This document shows, in pieces, positions 21,115 to 42,892 of a DNA stretch of 64,000 nucleotides (position 1 is its first letter; each line of letters begins with the position of its first letter). Both the position numbers and the translations under genes were made by a program. The notes under the pieces were generated by a model that searched no databases, had not been told where the DNA came from, and worked only from the letters and a program-made list of their open reading frames with translations. The stretch lies in NCBI RefSeq assembly GCF_009914755.1, contig NC_060948.1; one strand, 5' to 3'. This stretch comes from the human T2T-CHM13v2.0 reference genome, Homo sapiens.

Positions 21115-23219
21115 AGATCCATATTTTTTAAATGAAAAAAAATTTCAAAGGTACTCTGCTTGGTACAATAATCAAATGTATAAACTGAGGAATAAAACAT
21201 AACCATGAAACCTACTTATAACTGCATATGGAAAATACAGAGGATAATTTTTTAAATAACATATTTTGAAAGCCTTAACTAGTAATTTGAAGAGCTGGCA
21301 TTTGAAAGGCCAGTATGAATATACCTTCAAAGCAGCAACACAGGTTCCCCATGAGAAAAAGCAAACACAGGGAAAATAAAAACACAAAGGTTCAATCTCT
21401 TCTGACCTTTGAAAGACACAGCACAGACAGTGGTCCTTAGGACGAAGAGCAGGAGACCCCTAATTCCGTCACCATGGCGATAGGGCATAAACATTGCTGG
21501 GTGAGGTCACAATCCACATTGTGAGGTCCAACTGCTGCCAGGAAGACAGGAGTGCTTTTACATAGACCGAAAGGTCATTGAAGGCTCAGAGTTTTGTTTC
21601 AAGAACTGAATCCCAAGCCCACACGTTATTAGGCTGCGCTTCTTAAAACAAGTTATGAGATGGGAAAAAGGGCACCCACAAACATACGTATACATTATGT
21701 ATATAATAATATACAGTGTCATATATATAATATATATAACCTATATATAATATTGTTTTACATCCTGCATCTTATGTTATATATATTGTATAAAATATAA
21801 TAATTGATAATATATAAGTTTTATAATTATACAATATGACATATAGTATATATTATAATTTATGACATATATAATATATGTTATATGTCATATATAGAAT
21901 ATATTATACGGTTAATATACGTATTAAATATAAATTATACATTATATATATTATATATAATATATCTGTTATATATAATACCCATTATGCATAATATATA
22001 TATTATGTCTATGTTATATATAGTATAAAACAACATATAATAATATATAATTGTATATATAAAATGCGACATAGAATATATATTATATTTTATAACATAT
22101 GTAATATATATTTTATATTATATATAATACGTTGTATGTATAATACCTATATTAAATATATATTATATGACTATGTTATTAATTACATGTCACATGTGTT
22201 ATATATTATATATTTTACATAGAATATACCGGTTGCATACAATATATACTATGTTACCTATAATGTATAATTTATTACATGTAAAATAAAGAATGCAATA
22301 TATTATGTATAATTTATAATATACCATATGTGGAATGTGATATATATAACATATAATATATGATATATGATATACAGTATATGATATATAACATACGATA
22401 TATGATTCCTAATATATATGGTATACAATATATATTTTATGATATGTATTCTATGTGTTTTATATTCTGTTATATATAACTATTTGAAATTATATATAAC
22501 TGTATAATATTTTATGTAAATATGTAATATAATATATATAACTATATAATGTATTATATATAACTATATATTATGTTATATATACTTTTATAACATAATT
22601 TACATAAAATATCATAATATAATATATATTATATTATTTCATATTACATAATATATATTACATATCACCCAATATAACTAACATACATAATATTATAATA
22701 TAGATTATATTGTGTTATATTAAATATCATATATATCATGTATCATATATTCTATAATATATATTACACATTGTATAATATGTATGTTGTCTATTATGTG
22801 ATATATATAACTATATATATAATTATATTTTTATACATATAACTAGATAAACATGTAATTCTACATATTTTCATTTATAATATGTAGAATTATATAATCA
22901 TATATAATTATTTATATTCTATAAAAAATTTTATCATTATATAAATTATAATATATAAAAATTATAATATGTACTACAAATATATATATTATATATCATA
23001 TATGATATAGTACCTTTGTTATATATCATAATACATATAAATGTGTATTATGTTATCTATAATTATATAATTTCATATATAAGATGTATAATATGTATCA
23101 TATATTATATATGTTATGTACTATATATAGTATATATAAGATGACACAGGATAAATATTATATACTATGACATATAAAATATATGAGGTTATATGTTACA
23201 TATAAGGCATAGCACATAA

Positions 23220-23534
<315 letters not shown>

Positions 23535-25641
23535 AGATCCATATTTTTTAAATGAAAAAAAATTTCAAAGGTACTCTGCTTGGTACAATAATCAAATGTA
23601 TAAACTGAGGAATAAAACATAACCATGAAACCTACTTATAACTGCATATGGAAAATACAGAGGATAATTTTTTAAATAACATATTTTGAAAGCCTTAACT
23701 AGTAATTTGAAGAGCTGGCATTTGAAAGGCCAGTATGAATATACCTTCAAAGCAGCAACACAGGTTCCCCATGAGAAAAAGCAAACACAGGGAAAATAAA
23801 AACACAAAGGTTCAATCTCTTCTGACCTTTGAAAGACACAGCACAGACAGTGGTCCTTAGGACGAAGAGCAGGAGACCCCTAATTCCGTCACCATGGCGA
23901 TAGGGCATAAACATTGCTGGGTGAGGGCACAATCCACATTGTGAGGTCCAACTGCTGCCAGGAAGACAGGAGTGCTTTTACATAGACCCAAAGGTCATTG
24001 AAGGCTCAGAGTTTTGTTTCAAGAACTCAATCCCAAGCCCACACGTTATTAGGCTGCGCTTCTTAAAACAAGTTATGAGATGGGAAAAAGGGCACCCACA
24101 AACATACGTATACATTATGTATATAATAATATACAGTATCATATATATAATATATATAACCTATGTATAATATTGTTTTACATCCTGCATCTTATGTTAT
24201 ATATATTGTATAAAATATAATAATTGATAATATATAAGTTTTATAATTATACAATATGACATATAGTATATATTATAATTTATGACATATATAATATATG
24301 TTATATGTCATATATAGAATATATTATACGGTTAATATACGTATTAAATATAAATTATACATTATATATATTATATATAATATATCTGTTATATATAATA
24401 CCCATTATGCATAATATATATATTATGTCTATATTATATATAGTATAAAACAACATATAATAATATATAATTGTATATATAAAATGCGACATATAATATA
24501 TATTATATTTTATAACATATGTAATATATATTATATATTATATATAATACGTTGTATGTATAATACCTATATTAAATATATATTATATGACTATGTTATT
24601 AATTACATGTCACATGTGTTATATATTATATATTTTACATAGAATATACCGGTTACATACAATATATACTATGTTACCTATAATGTATAATTTATTACAT
24701 GTAAAATAAAGAATGCAATATATTATGTATAATTTATAATATACCATATGTGGAATGTGATATATATAACATATAATATATGATATATGATATACAGTAT
24801 ATGATATATAACATAAAATATATGATTCCTAATATATATGGTATACAATATATATTTTATGATATGTATTCTATATGTTTTATATTCTGTTATATATAAC
24901 TATTTGAAATTATATATAACTGTATAATATTTTATGTAAATATGTAATATAATATATATAACTATATAATATATTATATATAACTATATATTATGTTATA
25001 TATACTATTATAAAATAATTTACATAAAATATCATAATATAATATATATTATATTATTTCATATTACATAATATATATTACATATCACCCAATATAACTA
25101 ACATACATAATATTATAATATAGATTATATTATGTTATATTAAATATCATATATATCATGTATCATATATTCTATAATATATATTACACATTATATAATA
25201 TGTATGTTGTCTATTATGTGATATATATAACTATATTTATAATTATATTTTTATACATATAACTAGATAAACATGTAATTCTACATATTTTCATTTATAA
25301 TATGTAGAATTATATAATCATATATAATTATTTATATTCTATAAAAAATTTTATCATTATATAAATTATAATATATAAAAATTATAATATGTACTACAAA
25401 TATATATATATTATATATCATATATGATATAGTACCTTTGTTATATATCATAATACATATAAATGTGTATTATGTTATCTATAATTATATAATTTCATAT
25501 ATAAGATGTATAATATGTATCATATATTATATATGTTATGTAATATATATAGTATATATAAGATGACACAGGATAAATATTATATACTATGACATATAAA
25601 ATATATGAGGTTATATGTTACATATAAGGCATAGCACATAA

Positions 25642-25956
<315 letters not shown>

Positions 25957-28061
25957 AGATCCATATTTTTTAAATGAAAAAAAATTTCAAAGGTACTCTG
26001 CTTGGTACAATAATCAAATGTATAAACTGAGGAATAAAACATAACCATGAAACCTACTTATAACTGCATATGGAAAATACAGAGGATAATTTTTTAAATA
26101 ACATATTTTGAAAGCCTTAACTAGTAATTTGAAGAGTTGGCATTTGAAAGGCCAGTATGAATATACCTTCAAAGCAGCAACACAGGTTCCCCATGAGAAA
26201 AAGCAAACACAGGGAAAATAAAAACACAAAGGTTCAATCTCTTCTGACCTTTGAAAGACACAGCACAGACAGTGGTCCTTAGGACGAAGAGCAGGAGACC
26301 CCTAATTCCGTCACCATGGCGATAGGGCATAAACATTGCTGGGTGAGGGCACAATCCACATTGTGAGGTCCAACTGCTGCCAGGAAGACAGGAGTGCTTT
26401 TACATAGACCGAAAGGTCATTGAAGGCTCAGAGTTTTGTTTCAAGAACTGAATCCCAAGCCCACACGTTATTAGGCTGCGCTTCTTAAAACAAGTTATGA
26501 GATGGGAAAAAGGGCACCCATAAACATACGTATACATTATGTATATAATAATATACAGAATCATATATATAATATATATAACCTATGTATAATATTGTTT
26601 TACATCCTGCATCTTATGTTATATATATTGTATAAAATATAATAATTGATAATATATAAGTTTTATAATGATACAATATGACATATAGTATATATTATAA
26701 TTTATGACATATATAATATATGTTATATATCATATATAGAATATATTATACGGTTAATATACGTATTAAATATAAATTATACATTATATATACTATATAT
26801 AATATATCTGTTATATATAATACCCATTATGCATAATATATATATTATGTCTATGTTATATATAGTATAAAACAATATATAATAATATATAATTGTATAT
26901 ATAAAATGCGACATATAATATATATTATATTTTATAACATATGTAATATATATTATATATTATATATAATACGTTGTATGTATAATACCTATATTAAATA
27001 TATATTATATGACTATGTTATTAATTACATGTCACATGTGTTATATATTATATATTTTACATAGAATATACCGGTTACATACAATATATACTATGTTACC
27101 TATAATGTATAATTTATTACATGTAAAATAAAGAATGCAGTATATTATGTAAAATTTATAATATACAATATGTGGAATGTGATATATATAACATACAATA
27201 TATGATATATGATATACAGTATATGATATATAACATACAATATATGATTCCTAATATATATGGTATAAAATATATATTTTATGATATGTATTCTATATGT
27301 TTTATATTCTGTTATATATAACTATTTGAAATTATATATAACTGTATAATATTTTATGTAGATATGTAATATAATATATATAACTATATAATATATTATA
27401 TATAACTATATATTATGTTATATATACTTTTATAACATAATTTACATAAAATATCATAATATAATATATATTATATTATTTCATATTACATAATATATAT
27501 TACATATCACCCAATATAACTAACATACATAATATTATAATATAGATTATATTATGTTATATTAAATATCATATATATCATGTATCATATATTCTATAAT
27601 ATATATTACACATTATATAATATGTATGTTGTCTATTATGTGATATATATAACTATATATATAATTATATTTTTATACATATAACTAGATAAACATGTAA
27701 TTCTACATATTTTCATTTATAATATGTAGAATTATATAATCATATATAATTATTTATATTCTATAAAAAATTTTATCATTATATAAATTATAATATATAA
27801 AAATTATAATATGTACTACAAATATATATATTACATATCATATATGATATAGTACGTTTGTTATATATCATAATACATATAAATGTGTATTATGTTATCT
27901 ATAATTATATAATTTCATATATAAGATGTATAATATGTATCATATATTATATATGTTATGTACTATATATAGTATATATAAGATGACACAGGATAAATAT
28001 TATATACTATGACATATAAAATATATGAGGTTATATGTTACATATAAGGCATAGCACATAA

Positions 28062-28376
<315 letters not shown>

Positions 28377-30481
28377 AGATCCATATTTTTTAAATGAAAA
28401 AAAATTTCAAAGGTACTCTGCTTGGTACAATAATCAAATGTATAAACTGAGGAATAAAACATAACCATGAAACCTACTTATAATTGCATATGGAAAATAC
28501 AGAGGATAATTTTTTAAATAACATATTTTGAAAGCCTTAACTAGTAATTTGAGGAGTTGGCATTTGAAAGGCCAGTATGAATATACCTTCAAAGCAGCAA
28601 CACAAGTTCCCCATGAGAAAAAGCAAACACAGGGAAAATAAAAACACAAAGGTTCAATCTCTTCTGACCTTTGAAAGACACAGCACAGACAGTGGTCCTT
28701 AGGACGAAGAGCAGGAGACCCCTAATTCCGTCACCATGTCGATAGGGCATAAACATTGCTGGGTGAGGGCACAATCCACATTGTGAGGTCCAACTGCTGC
28801 CAGGAAGACAGGAGTGCTTTTACATAGAACGAAAGGTCATTGAAGGCTCAGAGTTTTGTTTCAAGAACTGAATCCCAAGCCCACTCGTTATTAGGCTGCG
28901 CTTCTTAAAACAAGTTATGAGATTGGAAAAAGGGCACCCACAAACATACGTATACATTATGTATATAATAATATACAGTATCATATATATAATATATATA
29001 ACCTATGTATAATATTGTTTTACATCCTGCATCTTATGTTATATATATTGTATAAAATATAATAATTGATAATATATAAGTTTTATAATTATACAATATG
29101 ACATATAGTATATATTATAATTTATGACATATATAATATATGTTATATATCATATATAGAATATATTATACGGTTAATATACGTATTAAATATAAATTAT
29201 ACATTATATATATTATATATAATATATCTGTTATATATAATACCCATTATGCATAATATATATATTATGTCTATGTTATATATAGTATAAAACAATATAT
29301 AATAATATATAATTGTATATATAAAATGCGACATATAATATATATTATATTTTATAACATATGTAATATATATTATATATTATATATAATACGTTGTATG
29401 TATAATACCTATATTAAATATATATTATATGACTATGTTATTAATTACATGTCACATGTGTTATATATTATATATTTTACATAGAATATACCGGTTACAT
29501 ACAATATATACTATGTTACCTATAATGTATAATTTATTACATGTAAAATAAAGAATGCAATATATTATGTAAAATTTATAATATACAATATGTGGAATGT
29601 GATATATATAACATATAATATATGATATATGATATACAGTATATGATATATAACATACAATATATGATTCCTAATATATATGGTATACAATATATATTTT
29701 ATGATATGTATTCTATATGTTTTATATTCTGTTATATATAACTATTTGAAATTATATATAACTGTATAATATTTTATGTAGATATGTAATATAATATATA
29801 TAACTATATAATATATTATATATAACTATATATTATGTTATATATACTTTTATAACATAATTTACATAAAATATCATAATATAATATATATTATATTATT
29901 TCATATTACATAATATATATTACATATCACCCAATATAACTAACATACATAATATTATAATATAGATTATATTATGTTATATTAAATATCATATATATCA
30001 TGTATCATATATTCTATAATATATATTACACATTATATAATATGTATGTTGTCTATTATGTGATATATATAACTATATATATAATTATATTTTTATACAT
30101 ATAACTAGATAAACATGTAATTCTACATATTTTCATTTATAATATGTAGAATTATATAATCATATATAATTATTTATATTCTATAAAAAATTTTATCATT
30201 ATATAAATTATAATATATAAAAATTATAATATGTACTACAAATATATATATTACATATCATATATGATATAGTACGTTTGTTATATATCATAATACATAT
30301 AAATGTGTATTATGTTATCTATAATTATATAATTTCATATATAAGATGTATAATATGTATCATATATTATATATGTTATGTACTATATATAGTATATATA
30401 AGATGACACAGGATAAATATTATATACTATGACATATAAAATATATGAGGTTATATGTTACATATAAGGCATAGCACATAA

Positions 30482-30796
<315 letters not shown>

Positions 30797-32901
30797 AGAT
30801 CCATATTTTTTAAATGAAAAAAAATTTCAAAGGTACTCTGCTTGGTACAATAATCAAATGTATAAACTGAGGAATAAAACATAACCATGAAACCTACTTA
30901 TAATTGCATATGGAAAATACAGAGGATAATTTTTTAAATAACATATTTTGAAAGCCTTAACTAGTAATTTGAGGAGTTGGCATTTGAAAGGCCAGTATGA
31001 ATATACCTTCAAAGCAGCAACACAAGTTCCCCATGAGAAAAAGCAAACACAGGGAAAATAAAAACACAAAGGTTCAATCTCTTCTGACCTTTGAAAGACA
31101 CAGCACAGACAGTGGTCCTTAGGACGAAGAGCAGGAGACCCCTAATTCCGTCACCATGTCGATAGGGCATAAACATTGCTGGGTGAGGGCACAATCCACA
31201 TTGTGAGGTCCAACTGCTGCCAGGAAGACAGGAGTGCTTTTACATAGAACGAAAGGTCATTGAAGGCTCAGAGTTTTGTTTCAAGAACTGAATCCCAAGC
31301 CCACTCGTTATTAGGCTGCGCTTCTTAAAACAAGTTATGAGATTGGAAAAAGGGCACCCACAAACATACGTATACATTATGTATATAATAATATACAGTA
31401 TCATATATATAATATATATAACCTATGTATAATATTGTTTTACATCCTGCATCTTATGTTATATATATTGTATAAAATATAATAATTGATAATATATAAG
31501 TTTTATAATTATACAATATGACATATAGTATATATTATAATTTATGACATATATAATATATGTTATATATCATATATAGAATATATTATACGGTTAATAT
31601 ACGTATTAAATATAAATTATACATTATATATATTATATATAATATATCTGTTATATATAATACCCATTATGCATAATATATATATTATGTCTATGTTATA
31701 TATAGTATAAAACAATATATAATAATATATAATTGTATATATAAAATGCGACATATAATATATATTATATTTTATAACATATGTAATATATATTATATAT
31801 TATATATAATACGTTGTATGTATAATACCTATATTAAATATATATTATATGACTATGTTATTAATTACATGTCACATGTGTTATATATTATATATTTTAC
31901 ATAGAATATACCGGTTACATACAATATATACTATGTTACCTATAATGTATAATTTATTACATGTAAAATAAAGAATGCAATATATTATGTAAAATTTATA
32001 ATATACAATATGTGGAATGTGATATATATAACATATAATATATGATATATGATATACAGTATATGATATATAACATACAATATATGATTCCTAATATATA
32101 TGGTATACAATATATATTTTATGATATGTATTCTATATGTTTTATATTCTGTTATATATAACTATTTGAAATTATATATAACTGTATAATATTTTATGTA
32201 GATATGTAATATAATATATATAACTATATAATATATTATATATAACTATATATTATGTTATATATACTTTTATAACATAATTTACATAAAATATCATAAT
32301 ATAATATATATTATATTATTTCATATTACATAATATATATTACATATCACCCAATATAACTAACATACATAATATTATAATATAGATTATATTATGTTAT
32401 ATTAAATATCATATATATCATGTATCATATATTCTATAATATATATTACACATTATATAATATGTATGTTGTCTATTATGTGATATATATAACTATATAT
32501 ATAATTATATTTTTATACATATAACTAGATAAACATGTAATTCTACATATTTTCATTTATAATATGTAGAATTATATAATCATATATAATTATTTATATT
32601 CTATAAATAATTTTATCATTATATAAATTATAATATATAAAAATTATAATATGTACTACAAATATATATATTATATATCATATATGATATAGTACGTTTG
32701 TTATATATCATAATACATATAAATGTGTATTATGTTATCTATAATTATATAATTTCATATATAAGATGTATAATATGTATCATATATTATATATGTTATG
32801 TACTATATATAGTATATATAAGATGACACAGGATAAATATTATATACTATGACATATAAAATATATGAGGTTATATGTTACATATAAGGCATAGCACATA
32901 A

Positions 32902-33216
<315 letters not shown>

Positions 33217-35321
33217 AGATCCATATTTTTTAAATGAAAAAAAATTTCAAAGGTACTCTGCTTGGTACAATAATCAAATGTATAAACTGAGGAATAAAAC
33301 ATAACCATGAAACCTACTTATAATTGCATATGGAAAATACAGAGGATAATTTTTTAAATAACATATTTTGAAAGCCTTAACTAGTAATTTGAGGAGTTGG
33401 CATTTGAAAGGCCAGTATGAATATACCTTCAAAGCAGCAACACAAGTTCCCCATGAGAAAAAGCAAACACAGGGAAAATAAAAACACAAAGGTTCAATCT
33501 CTTCTGACCTTTGAAAGACACAGCACAGACAGTGGTCCTTAGGACGAAGAGCAGGAGACCCCTAATTCCGTCACCATGTCGATAGGGCATAAACATTGCT
33601 GGGTGAGGGCACAATCCACATTGTGAGGTCCAACTGCTGCCAGGAAGACAGGAGTGCTTTTACATAGAACGAAAGGTCATTGAAGGCTCAGAGTTTTGTT
33701 TCAAGAACTGAATCCCAAGCCCACTCGTTATTAGGCTGCGCTTCTTAAAACAAGTTATGAGATTGGAAAAAGGGCACCCACAAACATACGTATACATTAT
33801 GTATATAATAATATACAGTATCATATATATAATATATATAACCTATGTATAATATTGTTTTACATCCTGCATCTTATGTTATATATATTGTATAAAATAT
33901 AATAATTGATAATATATAAGTTTTATAATTATACAATATGACATATAGTATATATTATAATTTATGACATATATAATATATGTTATATATCATATATAGA
34001 ATATATTATACGGTTAATATACGTATTAAATATAAATTATACATTATATATATTATATATAATATATCTGTTATATATAATACCCATTATGCATAATATA
34101 TATATTATGTCTATGTTATATATAGTATAAAACAATATATAATAATATATAATTGTATATATAAAATGCGACATATAATATATATTATATTTTATAACAT
34201 ATGTAATATATATTATATATTATATATAATACGTTGTATGTATAATACCTATATTAAATATATATTATATGACTATGTTATTAATTACATGTCACATGTG
34301 TTATATATTATATATTTTACATAGAATATACCGGTTACATACAATATATACTATGTTACCTATAATGTATAATTTATTACATGTAAAATAAAGAATGCAA
34401 TATATTATGTAAAATTTATAATATACAATATGTGGAATGTGATATATATAACATATAATATATGATATATGATATACAGTATATGATATATAACATACAA
34501 TATATGATTCCTAATATATATGGTATACAATATATATTTTATGATATGTATTCTATATGTTTTATATTCTGTTATATATAACTATTTGAAATTATATATA
34601 ACTGTATAATATTTTATGTAGATATGTAATATAATATATATAACTATATAATATATTATATATAACTATATATTATGTTATATATACTTTTATAACATAA
34701 TTTACATAAAATATCATAATATAATATATATTATATTATTTCATATTACATAATATATATTACATATCACCCAATATAACTAACATACATAATATTATAA
34801 TATAGATTATATTATGTTATATTAAATATCATATATATCATGTATCATATATTCTATAATATATATTACACATTATATAATATGTATGTTGTCTATTATG
34901 TGATATATATAACTATATATATAATTATATTTTTATACATATAACTAGATAAACATGTAATTCTACATATTTTCATTTATAATATGTAGAATTATATAAT
35001 CATATATAATTATTTATATTCTATAAATAATTTTATCATTATATAAATTATAATATATAAAAATTATAATATGTACTACAAATATATATATTATATATCA
35101 TATATGATATAGTACGTTTGTTATATATCATAATACATATAAATGTGTATTATGTTATCTATAATTATATAATTTCATATATAAGATGTATAATATGTAT
35201 CATATATTATATATGTTATGTACTATATATAGTATATATAAGATGACACAGGATAAATATTATATACTATGACATATAAAATATATGAGGTTATATGTTA
35301 CATATAAGGCATAGCACATAA

Positions 35322-35636
<315 letters not shown>

Positions 35637-37741
35637 AGATCCATATTTTTTAAATGAAAAAAAATTTCAAAGGTACTCTGCTTGGTACAATAATCAAATG
35701 TATAAACTGAGGAATAAAACATAACCATGAAACCTACTTATAATTGCATATGGAAAATACAGAGGATAATTTTTTAAATAACATATTTTGAAAGCCTTAA
35801 CTAGTAATTTGAGGAGTTGGCATTTGAAAGGCCAGTATGAATATACCTTCAAAGCAGCAACACAAGTTCCCCATGAGAAAAAGCAAACACAGGGAAAATA
35901 AAAACACAAAGGTTCAATCTCTTCTGACCTTTGAAAGACACAGCACAGACAGTGGTCCTTAGGACGAAGAGCAGGAGACCCCTAATTCCGTCACCATGTC
36001 GATAGGGCATAAACATTGCTGGGTGAGGGCACAATCCACATTGTGAGGTCCAACTGCTGCCAGGAAGACAGGAGTGCTTTTACATAGAACGAAAGGTCAT
36101 TGAAGGCTCAGAGTTTTGTTTCAAGAACTGAATCCCAAGCCCACTCGTTATTAGGCTGCGCTTCTTAAAACAAGTTATGAGATTGGAAAAAGGGCACCCA
36201 CAAACATACGTATACATTATGTATATAATAATATACAGTATCATATATATAATATATATAACCTATGTATAATATTGTTTTACATCCTGCATCTTATGTT
36301 ATATATATTGTATAAAATATAATAATTGATAATATATAAGTTTTATAATTATACAATATGACATATAGTATATATTATAATTTATGACATATATAATATA
36401 TGTTATATATCATATATAGAATATATTATACGGTTAATATACGTATTAAATATAAATTATACATTATATATATTATATATAATATATCTGTTATATATAA
36501 TACCCATTATGCATAATATATATATTATGTCTATGTTATATATAGTATAAAACAATATATAATAATATATAATTGTATATATAAAATGCGACATATAATA
36601 TATATTATATTTTATAACATATGTAATATATATTATATATTATATATAATACGTTGTATGTATAATACCTATATTAAATATATATTATATGACTATGTTA
36701 TTAATTACATGTCACATGTGTTATATATTATATATTTTACATAGAATATACCGGTTACATACAATATATACTATGTTACCTATAATGTATAATTTATTAC
36801 ATGTAAAATAAAGAATGCAATATATTATGTAAAATTTATAATATACAATATGTGGAATGTGATATATATAACATATAATATATGATATATGATATACAGT
36901 ATATGATATATAACATACAATATATGATTCCTAATATATATGGTATACAATATATATTTTATGATATGTATTCTATATGTTTTATATTCTGTTATATATA
37001 ACTATTTGAAATTATATATAACTGTATAATATTTTATGTAGATATGTAATATAATATATATAACTATATAATATATTATATATAACTATATATTATGTTA
37101 TATATACTTTTATAACATAATTTACATAAAATATCATAATATAATATATATTATATTATTTCATATTACATAATATATATTACATATCACCCAATATAAC
37201 TAACATACATAATATTATAATATAGATTATATTATGTTATATTAAATATCATATATATCATGTATCATATATTCTATAATATATATTACACATTATATAA
37301 TATGTATGTTGTCTATTATGTGATATATATAACTATATATATAATTATATTTTTATACATATAACTAGATAAACATGTAATTCTACATATTTTCATTTAT
37401 AATATGTAGAATTATATAATCATATATAATTATTTATATTCTATAAATAATTTTATCATTATATAAATTATAATATATAAAAATTATAATATGTACTACA
37501 AATATATATATTATATATCATATATGATATAGTACCTTTGTTATATTTCATAATACATATAAATGTGTATTATGTTATCTATAATTATATAATTTCATTT
37601 ATAAGATGTATAATATGTATCATATATTATATATGTTATGTAATATATATAGTATATATAAGATGACACAGGATAAATATTATATACTATGACATATAAA
37701 ATATATGAGGTTATATGTTACATATAAGGCATAGCACATAA

Positions 37742-38056
<315 letters not shown>

Positions 38057-40159
38057 AGATCCATATTTTTTAAATGAAAAAAAATTTCAAAGGTACTCTG
38101 CTTGGTACAATAATCAAATGTATAAACTGAGGAATAAAACATAACCATGAAACCTACTTATAACTGCATATGGAAAATACAGAGGATAATTTTTTAAATA
38201 ACATATTTTGAAAGCCTTAACTAGTAATTTGAAGAGTTGGCATTTGAAAGGCCAGTATGAATATACCTTCAAAGCAGCAACACAGGTTCCCCATGAGAAA
38301 AAGCAAACACAGGGAAAATAAAAACACAAAGGTTCAATCTCTTCTGACCTTTGAAAGACACAGCACAGACAGTGGTCCTTAGGACGAAGAGCAGGAGACC
38401 CCTAATTCCGTCACCATGTCGATAGGGCATAAACATTGCTGGGTGAGGGCACAATCCACATTGTGAGGTCCAACTGCTGCCAGGAAGACAGGAGTGCTTT
38501 TACATAGACCGAAAGGTCATTGAAGGCTCAGAGTTTTGTTTCAAGAACTGAATCCCAAGCCCACACGTTATTAGGCTGCGCTTCTTAAAACAAGTTATGA
38601 GATGGGAAAAAGGGCACCCACAAACATACGTATACATTATGTATATAATAATATACAGTATCATCTATATAATATATATAACCTATGTATAATATTGTTT
38701 TACATCCTGCATCTTATGTTATATATATTGTATAAAATATAATAATTGATAATATATAAGTTTTATAATTATACAATATGACATATAGTATATATTATAA
38801 TTTATGACATATATAATATATGTTATATATCATATATAGAATATATTATACGGTTAATATACGTATTAAATATAAATTATACATTATATATATTATATAT
38901 AATATATCTGTTATATATAATACCCATTATGCATAATATATATATTATGTCTATGTTATATATAGTATAAAACAACATATAATAATATATAATTGTATAT
39001 ATAAAATGCGACATAGAATATATATTATATTTTATAACATATGTAATATATATTATATATTATATATAATACGTTGTATGTATAATACCTATATTAAATA
39101 TATATTATATGACTATGTTATTAATTACATGTCACATGTGTTATATATTATATATTTTACATAGAATATACCGGTTACATACAATATATACTATGTTACC
39201 TATAATGTATAATTTATTACATGTAAAATAAAGAATGCAATATATTATGTATAATTTATAATATACAATATGTGGAATGTGATATATATAACATATAATA
39301 TATGATATATGATATACAGTATATGATATATAACATACAATATATGATTCCTAATATATATGGTATACAATATATATTTTATGATATGTATTCTATATGT
39401 TTTATATTCTGTTATATATAACTATTTGAAATTATATATAACTGTATAATATTTTATGTAAATATGTAATATAATATATATAACTATATAATATATTATA
39501 TATAACTATATATTATGTTATATATACTTTTATAACATAATTTACATAAAATATCATAATATAATATATATTATATTATTTCATATTACATAATATATAT
39601 TACATATCAACCAATATAACTAACATACATAATATTATAATATAGATTATATTATGTTGTATTAAATATCATATATATCATGTATCATATATTCTATAAT
39701 ATATATTACACATTATATAATATGTATGTTGTCTATTATGTGATATATATAACTATATATAATTATATGTTTATACATATAACTAGATAAACATGTAATT
39801 CTACATATTTTCATTTATAATATGTAGAATTATATAATCATATATAATTATTTATATTCTATAAAAAATTTTATCATTATATAAATTATAATATATAAAA
39901 ATTATAATATGTACTACAAATATATATATTATATATCATATATGATATAGTACCTTTGTTATATATCATAATACATATAAATGTGTATTATGTTATCTAT
40001 AATTATATAATTTCATATATAAGATGTATAATATGTATCATATATTATATATGTTATGTAATATATATGGTATATATAAGATGACACAGGATAAATATTA
40101 TATACTATGACATATAAAATATATGAGGTTATATGTTACATATAAGGCATAGCACATAA

Positions 40160-40474
<315 letters not shown>

Positions 40475-42577
40475 AGATCCGTATTTTTTAAATGAAAAAA
40501 AATTTCAAAGGTACTCTGCTTGGTACAATAATCAAATGTATAAACTGAGGAATAAAACATAACCATGAAACCTACTTATAACTGCATATGGAAAATACAG
40601 AGGATAATTTTTTAAATAACATATTTTGAAAGCCTTAACTAGTAATTTGAAGAGTTGGCATTTGAAAGGCCAGTATGAATATACCTTCAAAGCAACAACA
40701 CAGGTTCCCCATGAGAAAAAGCAAACACAGGGAAAATAAAAACACAAAGGTTCAATCTCTTCTGACCTTTGAAAGACACAGCACAGACAGTGGTCCTTAG
40801 GACGAAGAGCAGGAGACCCCTAATTCCGTCACCATGGCGATAGGGCATAAACATTGCTGGGTGAGGGCACAATCCACATTGTGAGGTCCAACTGCTGCCA
40901 GGAAGACAGGAGTGCTTTTACATAGACCGAAAGGTCATTGAAGGCTCAGAGTTTTGTTTCAAGAACTGAATCCCAAGCCCACACGTTATTAGGCTGCGCT
41001 TCTTAAAACAAGTTATGAGATGGGAAAAAGGGCACCCACAAACATACGTATACATTATGTATATAATAATATACAGTATCATATATATAATATATATAAC
41101 CTATGTATAATATTGTTTTACATCCTGCATCTTATGTTATATATATTGTATAAAATATAATAATTGATAATATATAAGTTTTATAATTATACAATATGAC
41201 ATATAGTATATATTATAATTTATGACATATATAATATATGTTATATATCATATATAGAATATATTATACGGTTAATATACGTATTAAATATAAATTATAC
41301 ATTATATATATTATATATAATATATCTGTTATATATAATACCCATTATGCATAATATATATATTATGTCTATGTTATATATAGTATAAAACAACATATAA
41401 TAATATATAATTGTATATATAAAATGCGACATATAATATATATTATATTTTATAACATATGTAATATATATTATATATTATATATAATACGTTGTATGTA
41501 TAATACCTATATTAAATATATATTATATGACTATGTTATTAATTACATGTCACATGTGTTATATATTATATATTTTACATAGAATATACCGGTTACATAC
41601 AATATATACTATGTTACCTATAATGTATAATTTATTACCTGTAAAATAAAGAATGCAATATATTATGTATAATTTATAATATACAATATGTGGAATGTGA
41701 TATATGTAACATATAATATATGATATATGATATACAGTATATGATATATAACATACAATATATGATTCCTAATATATATGGTATGCAATATATATTTTAT
41801 GATATGTATTCTATATGTTTTATATTCTGTTATATATAACTATTTGAAATTATATATAACTGTATAATATTTTATGTAAATATGTAATGTAATATATAAC
41901 TATATAATATATTATATATAACTATATATTATGTTATATATACTTTTATAACATAATTTACATAAAATATCATAATATAATATATATTATATTATTTCAT
42001 ATTACATAATATATATTACGTATCACCCAAAATAACTAACATACATAATATTATAATATAGATTATATTATGTTATATTAAATATGATATATATCATGTA
42101 TCATATATTCTATAATATATATTACACATTATATAATATGTATGTTGTCTATTATGTGATATATATAACTATATATATAATTATATTTTTATACATATAA
42201 CTAGATAAACATGTAATTCTACATATTTTCATTTATAATATGTAGAATTATATAATCATATATAATTATTTATATTCTATAAAAAATTTTATCATTATAT
42301 AAATTATAATATATAAAAATTATAATATGTACTACAAATATATATATTATATATCATATATGATATAGTACCTTTGTTATATATCATAATACATATAAAT
42401 GTGTATTATGTTATCTATAATTATATAATTTCATATATAAGATGTATAATATGTATCATATATTATATATGTTATGTAATATATATGGTATATATAAGAT
42501 GACACAGGATAAATATTATATACTATGACATATAAAATATATGAGGTTACATGTTACATATAAGGCATAGCACATAA

Positions 42578-42892
<315 letters not shown>
